From: a virus
Taxonomy: Duplodnaviria > Caudoviricetes
Length of the DNA stretch: 35,462 nt
Direction: 5' to 3' (one strand)
Virus record (IMG/VR): IMGVR_UViG_3300047279_000034
Location: 1-35,462 of that record
Shown: one piece after another, positions 25,297-35,014 of the stretch
Layout of the letters: each line of letters begins with the position of its first letter
Numbering within the stretch: position 1 is the first letter of the stretch
Notes under the pieces: generated by a model
Told to the model about the DNA's origin: nothing
Databases searched by the model: none
Seen by the model: the letters and a program-made list of their open reading frames with translations, nothing else
Program-made: the position numbers and the translations under genes

Positions 25297-28169
25297 TGGC
25301 TATAACAGTCAAGCATAAGTATGTAAGTGCTATTCCTGATGCAGGTGATTCCACTCTCGTTCAGCCTTCTAATTGGAATGATGACCATCAATTAACAGGC
25401 ACAGTACCAGTAGCTAATGGTGGTACAGGTGCTTCTACTGCTAACGATGGTTTAAATGCTTTACTTCCAAGTCAAACAAGCAATACTGGAAAAGTATTAA
25501 CTACTGATGGTACTAATGCTTCTTGGTCTACTAATGGTTCAGGAACTGTTACATCAGTTACAGGCACAGCTCCAGTTAATGTAGCTACAAGTACAACTAC
25601 TCCAATAGTTAGTCTTGCTAGTGGTTATGGTGATACACAAAATCCTTATGCAAGCAAAACTTTAAAATATGTTTTAGCTGCTCCTAATGCTGCTGACGGA
25701 GTTCCAACATTTAGACAATTAGCCAATACAGATATTACAGGTCTTGGCACAATGTCTACGCAAAATGCCAATGCCGTAGCAATTACTGGTGGTACGGTAA
25801 ACGGAACAACAATAGGTGCTACGACTGCTTCTACAGCTATATTTACTTATGCTTCTACCACTTCTACTACTAATACAACACCTGCTTTAAGCTATAACGC
25901 TTCTAATTCATCTTTTGTTAATGGTGCTACCGTTGCTGGAAGCTATTTGCAAAACATCATGCAAAACAAAAGTGGTACAGCAGGTGCTTCTACCAACTTT
26001 GCAGTAAGTAATGATTTAGGCACAGATTCTACTTATTACGGTGAATTTGGCATGAATTCCTCAGTATTTAGTGCAAGCACTCCTGCTGATTACTTTGGTC
26101 TTAATAACGGAATCTATTATTCAGGTCACGATGGTGATTTAAGTTATGGTTCAGGAAATGGCTATAAGACTTACTTTGCATGGGGAACTACTGGTCAATC
26201 TGCCCATGTCATCAATGCGACAGGTGCATTAGGACTATCTACTAACTTAGGCACAACTCCTGCACTTAGCGGTACAACAGGTTATGGAACAGCAAAGAAT
26301 GTCTTGGTATCACAAGGTTCTGCTGCTGCACCTGTTTGGTCTACAAGCACCGACATATTAGTAAATAGTGTAACTTTAGGTCTTGGTGGTGGTTCTGTTG
26401 CAGGAAACACTATAGTAGGTTCAGGAGCATTAGGTACAAATAGCACAGGTGCAAATTTAACTGCCGTTGGATACCAAGCGTTAAACAAAGTTACTGTTGC
26501 TGGTGGAACTGCTTTAGGCTATCAAGCTGGTTTTAATAATACGACAGGCGTTAATAATACATTTATTGGATTTCAAAATGGATATTCAGTAAATTCAGGC
26601 GCATACAATACATCTACTGGAGTATATGCTGGTGGTTCAGGTTCTCTTTCTACTGCCAATAACAATTCGTCTTATGGTTATTCATCATTAGGAGCAATCA
26701 CTTCAGGAGCATCTAATTCAGCTTTTGGATATACTTCTTTATCATCAAATACAACGGGAGCAAATAACAGCGCATTTGGTAACAATGCTCTTTTTACCAA
26801 TACAACAGCAGGAAATTTAACTGCTGTAGGATTTCAAGCTCTATATAGCAATACTACCAATGTGGCAACACTTGGAACAGTAACTGCTGGTTCAGGTTAC
26901 ACAAACGGTACATATACAGCCGTTGCAATGACACCTGTAAGTGGAGCTACTTTTACTACTTATCCTACAGTAACCGTAGTAGTTGCTGGTGGTGTAGTTT
27001 CTACAGTAACTTTAGTAACTAATGGAGTAGGAGCAAGTTCTGTTGCTGCCACAGTTCTTACTGTAGCTGCTGCACTTATTGGTGGTACAGGAAGTGGATT
27101 TAGCATCCCTGTAGCTACTTTTCAAAGTGGTACTATAAATACAGCCGTTGGCTATCAAGCTGGTTATACAAACAGTATAGGCACTAGACTTACTTATATT
27201 GGATATGCTGCTGGATATACAAGCAGTACAGGAAGTTACAATACATTTGTAGGATATGCTTGTGGTTATGCAACTACATCAAGTTTTTGTACAGCAGTCG
27301 GTGATTCCGCTTTAGTAACCAACACTTCAGGAACTTATTTAACTGCTGTAGGCAATGGTGCACTTCAAGCAACAAGTACAGCTTCTTATAGCACAGCCGT
27401 TGGCTATCAAGCTGGATATAGCGTAACTGGTGCTGGAAATACTTTATTTGGAACTGGTGCTGGATTTACAACAATAGCAACTACAACAGGAACTAATAAC
27501 ACTTATCTAGGTTACTCTGCTCATGGCTCTGCTGCTGCAAATACTAATGAAATAGCAATAGGATATATAGCAGCAGGTAATGGTTCAAACACAACTACCA
27601 TTGGAACTTCAGCCAATACAGCTAATTTCTTTTTTGGTAAACAATGGATTCAAACAAATGCCACAACAACAGCACAATATTTAAGTTTTGGTGACGGAAC
27701 TAATACTTACGCTGGTATCGGTGGATATTATGATTCAGCTACTACTGGTCATATAGAAACATACACCATGACAGGTGGAACATCTACAGAAAAATCTCGT
27801 ACAGATTCTCTTGGAGTTCAGTACAACTACTCACCTGCTCCTACTGCTTTATCTACTGCTGGAGCAAATACACTAACCATTGCTCAAATGCAGACAATGA
27901 TGATTACTGTTACGCAGACTGCTGCTGTAACTTTAACATTGCCTACAGGTACTTTGACTGATGCTGGTATCACAGGCGGTACTTTACCTGTCAATGCTGC
28001 TTTTGATTGGATAGTAATTAACTTAGGCTCTACTCTAGGAGCAGTAACAATGGCTGCTGGTGTTGCTCATACTTATGTGGGAGCTACAGGAGTACCAATC
28101 TCAACTTCTGCACAATTCAGAACTCGTAAAACAGCAACAAATACTTTTGTTACCTATAGGATAAGTTAA
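25296..28169 (+). CDS. Long fibre/adhesin protein with YadA-head-like repeats
   Basis: T/G/A/S-rich; many roughly 14-16 aa N(T/S)A(V/F)GYQA repeats; VPVANGGTGA motif. Confidence 0.75.
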   Translation: MAITVKHKYVSAIPDAGDSTLVQPSNWNDDHQLTGTVPVANGGTGASTANDGLNALLPSQTSNTGKVLTTDGTNASWSTNGSGTVTSVTGTAPVNVATSTTTPIVSLASGYGDTQNPYASKTLKYVLAAPNAADGVPTFRQLANTDITGLGTMSTQNANAVAITGGTVNGTTIGATTASTAIFTYASTTSTTNTTPALSYNASNSSFVNGATVAGSYLQNIMQNKSGTAGASTNFAVSNDLGTDSTYYGEFGMNSSVFSASTPADYFGLNNGIYYSGHDGDLSYGSGNGYKTYFAWGTTGQSAHVINATGALGLSTNLGTTPALSGTTGYGTAKNVLVSQGSAAAPVWSTSTDILVNSVTLGLGGGSVAGNTIVGSGALGTNSTGANLTAVGYQALNKVTVAGGTALGYQAGFNNTTGVNNTFIGFQNGYSVNSGAYNTSTGVYAGGSGSLSTANNNSSYGYSSLGAITSGASNSAFGYTSLSSNTTGANNSAFGNNALFTNTTAGNLTAVGFQALYSNTTNVATLGTVTAGSGYTNGTYTAVAMTPVSGATFTTYPTVTVVVAGGVVSTVTLVTNGVGASSVAATVLTVAAALIGGTGSGFSIPVATFQSGTINTAVGYQAGYTNSIGTRLTYIGYAAGYTSSTGSYNTFVGYACGYATTSSFCTAVGDSALVTNTSGTYLTAVGNGALQATSTASYSTAVGYQAGYSVTGAGNTLFGTGAGFTTIATTTGTNNTYLGYSAHGSAAANTNEIAIGYIAAGNGSNTTTIGTSANTANFFFGKQWIQTNATTTAQYLSFGDGTNTYAGIGGYYDSATTGHIETYTMTGGTSTEKSRTDSLGVQYNYSPAPTALSTAGANTLTIAQMQTMMITVTQTAAVTLTLPTGTLTDAGITGGTLPVNAAFDWIVINLGSTLGAVTMAAGVAHTYVGATGVPISTSAQFRTRKTATNTFVTYRIS

Positions 28170-28172
28170 ACC

Positions 28173-29651
28173 ATGACTACATTAATTCCACAATTTGATT
28201 TAAAAAATGGCGGTACTACACCAACAGGCGCAGTCAATCGTGCTATTAATCTTAAACTTGCTGAAACAGTAAGCGTATTAGACTTTGGTGCTGATCCTAC
28301 AGGTACAACAGATTCTACAACGGCTATTCAAGATGCTGTAAATTCTTCTCTTTCTGTATATTTTCCAGTAGGAACTTATTTAATTGCTGGTTCAATCTCG
28401 TTAAAAGATAATTCATCATTATTTGGATATTCAGCTACGCTAAAGAAAAGTGGCAGCACAGCTACTGCAATGATTTCTGCTCTTAATGTTGATAATATTT
28501 TAATTGACGGTTTAAATATAGATGGCAATTACACAATTCAAGCCGTAGCTATTCCTACCATTAGTTTTGAAAATGTTACTAACGGAACTATGCGTGACAT
28601 GAATTGCGTTAATATAGGTTCAGCAGCATACAGAAACGGTGGAACTATACAAATTACTAATTGTATTCATGTTCTTGTAGACAATATTACAATTAATGTT
28701 TCTAACGGTGCTTGTTCAATATTTGTAGACGGCTCGTCAGGAAACGATGTAACAGTACAAAATTGTCATATTTACAATAGTCAATCTGATAGTGCTTTTG
28801 CGACTGAAGGATGTGATAGCGTTAGATTTTTAAACAATTATTGTTCTACAGCAACAGCTAGTGTTATTTCATTTAATTCTCCTAATGGAACTGTTGCGGG
28901 AAATCTTATAGTTGCTTCGGCTCTCACTACTTTTTATGGAATTACTATAGGTCATGCCGTAGCTGGTCAAGACGCAAGCTATACAAAAGTTCATGGAAAT
29001 ATCGTTTTCATGTCTACTTATGGTACTGCTGGTATTGGAATTCAATCAGGTGATAGAAACACTATTATTGATAACTATATTTATGGAAGTTCAGCTAATG
29101 CTGGCGTTATTACTGATGGTACAAACACCATTATTACTAATAATACCGTTGTCCAATGTGGAATCGGAATAAGTGCTGCTGCTGCATCTACTAATGTTAT
29201 TGCGTCAAACAACAACTTATCTAACTTTTTAACTTATGGCATTATTTCTCAATCTAGTTGCGTATTGACTGGAAATAGACTTAAATCTGCACTTGGTACT
29301 TGTCAAGGAATACAACTTAACGCTATTGGAAATACTGTAACTGGCAACTATATTAATGTAGTTGGCACAACTGTTTCTGCTGGATATTCAGGTAGCGTAG
29401 ATGGTGGCGCATCATTTAGAGGAAATATAATTAATGATGCTGATACAAGCACAACCATTACTTTAGGTGCAAGCTCTACATCTACAACTATAACAAACGC
29501 TAATATTGTGTCAGGTGGTCTTATTTATTTAATGCCATTAAGTGCTAGTTTTGCTGCTAGAAATGCGTATTTTTCAAGCGTTTCTGCTGGTTCGGCAACA
29601 CTTACTTATTCAACAGGTACATCAGCAAGTTGTAAAGTTGTATTTTTATGA
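28173..29651 (+). CDS. Second tailspike-like beta-helix depolymerase with very short N-terminus
   Basis: VSVLDFGADPTGTTDSTTAIQ..VYFPVGTY; Asn-ladder repeats. Confidence 0.8.
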   Translation: MTTLIPQFDLKNGGTTPTGAVNRAINLKLAETVSVLDFGADPTGTTDSTTAIQDAVNSSLSVYFPVGTYLIAGSISLKDNSSLFGYSATLKKSGSTATAMISALNVDNILIDGLNIDGNYTIQAVAIPTISFENVTNGTMRDMNCVNIGSAAYRNGGTIQITNCIHVLVDNITINVSNGACSIFVDGSSGNDVTVQNCHIYNSQSDSAFATEGCDSVRFLNNYCSTATASVISFNSPNGTVAGNLIVASALTTFYGITIGHAVAGQDASYTKVHGNIVFMSTYGTAGIGIQSGDRNTIIDNYIYGSSANAGVITDGTNTIITNNTVVQCGIGISAAAASTNVIASNNNLSNFLTYGIISQSSCVLTGNRLKSALGTCQGIQLNAIGNTVTGNYINVVGTTVSAGYSGSVDGGASFRGNIINDADTSTTITLGASSTSTTITNANIVSGGLIYLMPLSASFAARNAYFSSVSAGSATLTYSTGTSASCKVVFL

Positions 29652-29923
29652 TAAATGGCATACTTTTTGCCCTATTTGTCCTACTTCAATGTATGGACTT
29701 TTACACAACCTATACCATTATTGAAACAGGTAAAGGGCATGAGGCTAACCCTATCCTAGCTTGGGTATTTGATAAGATTGGCTACCCTACAGGACTAGCT
29801 ATCTTTAAAGGATTATGTATCGTAATTGGCATATTCCTGTTAGATTTTTGGTATGCTCTTGCTATCTTAAACATATTGTATGTTTGGGTGATTTTTAACA
29901 ACTTAAAAGTTCTCAGAGGATAA
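29648..29923 (+). CDS. Small multi-TM protein (DUF5658-like)
   Basis: LQCMDFYTTY...GHEANPILAW; three hydrophobic segments. Confidence 0.65.
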   Translation: MINGILFALFVLLQCMDFYTTYTIIETGKGHEANPILAWVFDKIGYPTGLAIFKGLCIVIGIFLLDFWYALAILNILYVWVIFNNLKVLRG

Positions 29924-29924
29924 A

Positions 29925-30074
29925 ATGATTGTTTATACATTAGATGAAAAAGAAGCTCAATTTGTACTACAAGTGATTGGTCAGTTACCTACTCAATCAG
30001 GTGCTTTCCCACTATTGCAAAAGCTACAAGCTCAATACCAAGAATCTGTAGTTCCTGAATCTCCTAAAGAATAA
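29925..30074 (+). CDS. 49 aa hypothetical protein; not in the ORF track
   Basis: MIVYTLDEKEAQFVLQVIGQLPTQSGAFPLLQKLQAQ...; GAGG RBS; TAATG overlap. Confidence 0.7.
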   Translation: MIVYTLDEKEAQFVLQVIGQLPTQSGAFPLLQKLQAQYQESVVPESPKE

Positions 30075-30544
30075 TGTTTCAGACTGCCTTTCAACCTAAT
30101 GCGTTTCAAAACAACGCATTTCAGATTTCCATTGTTCCCTTTAACAGTCAAACTGGTGGGGATGGATGGACTAGGGAAGAATGGCGCAGAGCTAAAGCAT
30201 TAGATAAGAAACTAAGATTAGCTGATGAGAAGCGTGTTGCTGCGGTAAAAGCAGACCAAGATGCTCGTAAAGCATTTATTCGTGAACAAGTATCACCAAC
30301 TCCAAAAGTCAGTAAACGCAAACAAAGTATTGTAGAATCTGAACAGGTTAGGGAAGATACACCGTCAGAAGTAACCAAATATGACGCACTCATCGCTAAT
30401 CTTGAAAGACAAAAGCAAGATTTGTTTGATGCGGTGCAAATAAGACAAGCCAAGCTCCTATTAGAGCAAGAACTGGCAGTCCTAAAAGCCAAGCATGAAG
30501 CAGAACTTGATGATGAACAGGCAATAATGCTACTTATTTCATAA
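30074..30544 (+). CDS. Hypothetical protein with N-terminal FQxxA repeats and coiled coil
   Basis: MFQTAFQPNAFQNNAFQI. Confidence 0.65.
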   Translation: MFQTAFQPNAFQNNAFQISIVPFNSQTGGDGWTREEWRRAKALDKKLRLADEKRVAAVKADQDARKAFIREQVSPTPKVSKRKQSIVESEQVREDTPSEVTKYDALIANLERQKQDLFDAVQIRQAKLLLEQELAVLKAKHEAELDDEQAIMLLIS

Positions 30545-30562
30545 AGGATTGTTTTTACTGCG

Positions 30563-31450
30563 ATGACTCCTTATCAAAAGTATAAAAAAGGCGTAGATTT
30601 ACTTCATTTAGGACACTATCAAGCTGGATTCAGACTATATGAATTCCGTTGGCATCCTCTTGTGCTACAAGCTACAGGTGAAAGATGGGATAAATGGGTA
30701 ACAGCTCCTAAATGGAACGGTGAAAGACTGTTCGATAAGCACATAGTCGTTCAGATGGAGCAAGGATTTGGCGATATTATCCAATTTTGTCGCTTTCTTC
30801 CTATGCTCAAGACTTGGGGAGCTAAGAAACTAACGGTAATGACTCATAAATCCCTTATGCCTTTGATAGGACAGATGGATTGCATTGATGTGATTACTGA
30901 TGACCGTAGTGTAGACATTGAAGCAGACTACTGGATTGGCTCTATGTCACTTCCTCACTTTGCTACCTATGCGCCTCCATTCGTAAAGCAGTCATTTCCT
31001 GTTACTACCAAGCATATTGTTGGTTCAGAAGGCTATTTAGATGCTATTCCTAGCAATATTGAGCATAAAGTAGGTGTTAATTGGAGCGCATCGACTGGCC
31101 CATTACATTATGTAAAGTCAATTCCATTAGATACTTTAAGAAGTCTAGTCGGAGACGATGTTTACTCTATTCATGTGCAATTAGATGATGTTTTTGACCC
31201 TTTGCCTAATGATGGCTGGAAGCAAGACTTCTATAAGACTGCTTGTCACATGAAAGCAATGAAAGCGGTAGTTGCTCCTGATACTGCAACTGCACATTTA
31301 GCTGGAGCATTAGGAGTTAAGTGCTTTTTAATGCTACCTGATGACCAATTTATCTGTTGGCGTTGGAAAAACGCTACATGGTATGACTCTGTTGTACCGT
31401 TGAAAAAGTCCGAATGGCATACATTACCTAGACTACTGGAGGAGCTATGA
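30563..31450 (+). CDS. GT-B (GT9-like) glycosyltransferase domain protein
   Basis: PKWNGE.L..KHIVVQMEQGFGDIIQFCRF, KVGVNW, DTATAHLAGALG, WRW..WYDS. Confidence 0.8.
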   Translation: MTPYQKYKKGVDLLHLGHYQAGFRLYEFRWHPLVLQATGERWDKWVTAPKWNGERLFDKHIVVQMEQGFGDIIQFCRFLPMLKTWGAKKLTVMTHKSLMPLIGQMDCIDVITDDRSVDIEADYWIGSMSLPHFATYAPPFVKQSFPVTTKHIVGSEGYLDAIPSNIEHKVGVNWSASTGPLHYVKSIPLDTLRSLVGDDVYSIHVQLDDVFDPLPNDGWKQDFYKTACHMKAMKAVVAPDTATAHLAGALGVKCFLMLPDDQFICWRWKNATWYDSVVPLKKSEWHTLPRLLEEL

Positions 31451-31818
31451 TTTGTCCTAAATGCGGTTATTGTGAAGAAAAAGCACAAGCTAAAAAACAA
31501 ACTGATGAGGAGTTTTTCCTTGAATGGTGGACTCCTACCATTGGATTAGAGGCTGCGAAGGCTTCTTGGGAAGAAAAGCAAGTAGCTATAGGCAGAGAGA
31601 CAGCTATGGTCATGTCCGATATTGAAGGCTATGTCTCACAAGTCGATGGTTCATGGATTAAAAGCCGTAGTCACCATAGAAGTCATTTAAAACAGCATAA
31701 AATGATTGAATTAGGCAATGATGTGCCTACTGAGCATAAAAAAATTGAATTAAGTAGTAAGAGTAACGAGCAAAGAAAACGCCAAATCGCAGAGATGGCA
31801 TACGAGAAGTTAAGATAA
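31447..31818 (+). CDS. Hypothetical protein with N-terminal CPKC
   Basis: ATGA overlap; GGAG RBS; YVSQVDGSWIKSRSHHRSHLKQH. Confidence 0.65.
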   Translation: MICPKCGYCEEKAQAKKQTDEEFFLEWWTPTIGLEAAKASWEEKQVAIGRETAMVMSDIEGYVSQVDGSWIKSRSHHRSHLKQHKMIELGNDVPTEHKKIELSSKSNEQRKRQIAEMAYEKLR

Positions 31819-31840
31819 ATCCGATTACTTGGAGAAAACC

Positions 31841-32875
31841 ATGTCAGAAGAAAAATTAGACCGTTTAGATGTATTATCCGCAGCCTTTGACCAAGCCGAA
31901 GAAGGCACTTTAGAGACTCCTGAAGAAAAGGAGATTGAAGTCGTTGAGGATGATATTGCTGAAGAAGTCAAAGAAGAAGCAGAGCCAATAGAGATTGAAG
32001 CTCATTCAGAACCTGAAGAAATTGAGGAAATTGAGGAAAAACCAGCTTTAGCTCGACCTTCTACATGGAAAAAGGAATATTTACCGATTTGGGATAAGCT
32101 AACCAATGGTGAGCAATTAACCAAAGATGAAGCTCTAAAACTAGCTGAATACTCCAATCAAAGAGAGTCCGAATACAAGAAAGGCGTAAGCACTTATAAG
32201 GCAGAAGCCGATAGAGCTAGGTCTTTAGAAGATGCTATTGCTCCATTCCAAGAGGAGTTTCAACAACAGGGAATTACTCCTGCTGCATGGATTAATAATC
32301 TAGGCAGAGCGCACATGATTCTGTCAAAAGCTCCGTATGAACAAAAAATTCAAGTTTTTCAGCGACTTGCACAAGATTACGGTATACAATTAAATAATGA
32401 AGGTCAATTCGCTGCTCCACAGCAGCTTGACCCTTATACGCAACAACTGATGAATCAGCTAAACATGGTGAATCAGGAAGTTTCGACAATTAAGAATAGA
32501 TTTCAGCAAGAAGAATATTCTCGCTTGAATAATGAGATTGAGAAGTATAGTAGTAACAAGGTGGAATTTCCGCACTTTGATGTGGTAAGGGAAGAAATGG
32601 CTCAATTACTTGAGCTAGGCAAAGCCCAAGACCTAGAAACAGCTTACAAGAAAGCTGTGCGTATGAACGATGATGTATGGGCATTAGAACAGGATAGACT
32701 CCTGAAAACTGCCAAACAACAAGCGGTCAAAGCGCAGCAAGTACAGAAAGCGAAGGCTGCTGCTGTTAGTCCGAAATCCGTTACACCTAGCGGTTCGGTT
32801 ACATCAGGAGATAAAAAGGATAGACGGTCACTAATCTCCGAGCAATTAGGAGAAGCAATGAGCCGTAGGGTTTAA
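31841..32875 (+). CDS. Capsid scaffolding protein
   Basis: Acidic N-terminus and helical body; immediately upstream of the capsid gene; GGAG RBS. Confidence 0.75.
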   Translation: MSEEKLDRLDVLSAAFDQAEEGTLETPEEKEIEVVEDDIAEEVKEEAEPIEIEAHSEPEEIEEIEEKPALARPSTWKKEYLPIWDKLTNGEQLTKDEALKLAEYSNQRESEYKKGVSTYKAEADRARSLEDAIAPFQEEFQQQGITPAAWINNLGRAHMILSKAPYEQKIQVFQRLAQDYGIQLNNEGQFAAPQQLDPYTQQLMNQLNMVNQEVSTIKNRFQQEEYSRLNNEIEKYSSNKVEFPHFDVVREEMAQLLELGKAQDLETAYKKAVRMNDDVWALEQDRLLKTAKQQAVKAQQVQKAKAAAVSPKSVTPSGSVTSGDKKDRRSLISEQLGEAMSRRV

Positions 32876-32912
32876 CTAGCCAATTTTGGCAATTTTTTAC
32901 TAAGGATATATC

Positions 32913-33899
32913 ATGGCATTCGCTAACTCAGCAATCACCGATATTATCGCCACAACTATTCAAAGTCGTAGCGGTGAATTGGCAGACAACTTAACACAAA
33001 ACAACGCAATCCTACAACGATTGAACAGCAAGGGTAATGTACGCCCATTCTCAGGCGGTAATGTGATTTTGGAAGAAATCATGTACAACGACCCAAATAC
33101 TAACAACGCTAACTCTTATAGTGGCTACGAAGTATTGAATATCGCTCCTGATAGCCCTATTTCTGCTGCCCAATACAAGATTTCTCAGTATGCTGACTCA
33201 GTAACAATGAGTGGCTTGGAAATGTTGCAGAATAGTTCTAAAGAAGCAATCATCGACTTGTTAGATGGTCGTATGCAAGTTTCTGAAGCTCGTTTGCTAA
33301 ACCGTATCTCAGGTGACTTGTTCCTTGACGGCACAGGTAATGGCGGTAAAAACCTGGATGGACTCGGAGCAGCCGTTAGTGCTTCCCCTACTACTGGTAC
33401 TTACGGTGGTATCAATCGTGCAAACTGGACTTTTTGGCAAAACCAAATCACTACAGGCGTAACAACAACTCCTTCCACAACTAACATTTTGGCTAAAATG
33501 ACTGAAGCTGCTATCAAGCAGATTCGTGGCACAGACAAAGCTGACTTGATTGTTGCTGGTAACACAATGTATCAACTCTATGTAAACGCTTTGCAAGCTA
33601 TCCAGCGTATTGCTTCTGAGGAATCAGGTGCATCAGGATTTGCTTCATTGAAGTTCTACGGTGGTGGTACATCTGCTGATGTGGTACTCGGTGGTGGTTA
33701 TGGTGCTCAAGAAACAGCTACATATATGTACTTGTTGAACACTAACTACATCTTCCTACGCCCTCACAAAGAGCGTAACTTTGTACCTATCGGTGGTGAA
33801 CGCCAATCCATTAACCAAGACGCTATCGTGAAATTGTATGGCTGGGCCGGCAATCTCACTACATCAAATAGCTTCTTACAAGGTCTATTGACAACCTAA
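32913..33899 (+). CDS. Major capsid protein
   Basis: 328 aa after the scaffold; LFLDGTGNGGK..DGL motif; codon usage shifted toward C-ending codons. Confidence 0.85.
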   Translation: MAFANSAITDIIATTIQSRSGELADNLTQNNAILQRLNSKGNVRPFSGGNVILEEIMYNDPNTNNANSYSGYEVLNIAPDSPISAAQYKISQYADSVTMSGLEMLQNSSKEAIIDLLDGRMQVSEARLLNRISGDLFLDGTGNGGKNLDGLGAAVSASPTTGTYGGINRANWTFWQNQITTGVTTTPSTTNILAKMTEAAIKQIRGTDKADLIVAGNTMYQLYVNALQAIQRIASEESGASGFASLKFYGGGTSADVVLGGGYGAQETATYMYLLNTNYIFLRPHKERNFVPIGGERQSINQDAIVKLYGWAGNLTTSNSFLQGLLTT

Positions 33900-33902
33900 T
33901 AG

Positions 33903-33920
33903 ATAAGGGGAAACCCTTAT
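33903..33920 (+). promoter_or_regulatory. GAAA-tetraloop hairpin after the capsid gene (weak terminator or stability element)
   Basis: ATAAGGG-GAAA-CCCTTAT. Confidence 0.5.
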
Positions 33921-33956
33921 TTAATCTTGTCTACTTACTAATTAAAGGAAATAATC

Positions 33957-34265
33957 ATGGCATATACCACTTTACCAATCGCAGGTGTTAGCTTAAACAC
34001 CATTACAACAACTGACTTTTTATACACAAACGGAACTACTGTTGAGAACATTCCAAACTTTGGCCCTATTGGTGCTGAAACTTTTGCTTCTGACGGTAAG
34101 CGTTATGTATTTGCTCAAGCAGCAGCAACCATTCCAGCAGGAACAACAGCTTGTACCGTTAATGCTTCCACTTTCCAAGTGACAGCAACAGGCGGTTCTT
34201 ATGTTTCTCCAGCAGAATCAATGGTTTCAGGTGATTACGGCTGGTTTGGCGTAGCTTCTGTTTAA
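33957..34265 (+). CDS. Putative capsid decoration protein
   Basis: Small beta-rich protein after the capsid gene; DGKRYVFAQA and GDYGWF. Confidence 0.55.
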   Translation: MAYTTLPIAGVSLNTITTTDFLYTNGTTVENIPNFGPIGAETFASDGKRYVFAQAAATIPAGTTACTVNASTFQVTATGGSYVSPAESMVSGDYGWFGVASV

Positions 34266-34285
34266 GCATTAACTTGTAGTACCAT

Positions 34286-34322
34286 AGGGATTCCTTCACA
34301 AGAGGAGTCCCTTTTTCTTTTT
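34286..34322 (+). terminator. Rho-independent terminator
   Basis: AGGGATTCCT/AGGAGTCCCT stem followed by TTTTCTTTTT. Confidence 0.85.
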
Positions 34323-34353
34323 AACAAACCTAACTACTTAGGAGATTTAAAAA

Positions 34354-34986
34354 ATGGCTATCGACAGCGATATTCAAGGAGCAGATGCAAGATTAGCAGT
34401 CCAATTCTATAAACGGTCTATGAAGCAAGACGATGAGACTTTGGCAGCAGGTAGACCGATATTTAAAGAATTTGATTTCGTCAAAATTATGGTGCCAGGT
34501 GATGCTCTAACAGAGATTGACACTTACGCCAATGAATCCCATAAAAGCCGTTTTCCTCGACAATGGGCACATTATCAGAACCAAGTAGGTAATCAAGAGA
34601 CAGTAATGGGTACTCCATTAGAACAATGGACTCAAATTACTCGCTCCCAAGCTGAAGAACTAAGAGGATTAAAGTTCCCTACTGTGGAATCTATTGCTGA
34701 TTGCTCAGACCAACAGCTTCAACGCATTGGTATGGTAGCTGGTATGTCTCCTCATGCTTTCAGGGAAAAGGCTAAGTCTTTCCTTAATTTAGCTGAAAAA
34801 GTTGGCGATGCTAACCAAAGAGAAGCTGAACTAGAAGCTCTAAAGCAACAAAATGAGCAAATTAAAGCTGAATCGGATGCCAAGATTAGCAAGATGCAAG
34901 AGCAAATGGATGCTTTAATGGCGATGATGGCTAAACCAAAAGGTAGACCAAAAAAAGAAGTTGTAAAAGAAGCAGAAACAGAGTAA
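34354..34986 (+). CDS. Hypothetical late protein with coiled-coil and basic C-terminus
   Basis: AGGAG RBS; 210 aa; KPKGRPKK. Confidence 0.75.
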   Translation: MAIDSDIQGADARLAVQFYKRSMKQDDETLAAGRPIFKEFDFVKIMVPGDALTEIDTYANESHKSRFPRQWAHYQNQVGNQETVMGTPLEQWTQITRSQAEELRGLKFPTVESIADCSDQQLQRIGMVAGMSPHAFREKAKSFLNLAEKVGDANQREAELEALKQQNEQIKAESDAKISKMQEQMDALMAMMAKPKGRPKKEVVKEAETE

Positions 34987-34988
34987 AT

Positions 34989-35014
34989 AAAAGGGGGAGA
35001 AATCCCTCTTTTTT
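34989..35014 (+). terminator. Rho-independent terminator (possibly bidirectional)
   Basis: AAAAGGGGGA-GAAA-TCCCTCTTTTTT. Confidence 0.8.

Noticed and set aside
25296-29651. Diversity-generating retroelement or invertible tail cassette
   Set aside because: No reverse transcriptase or invertase, and no long template/variable repeat pair differing at adenines was seen
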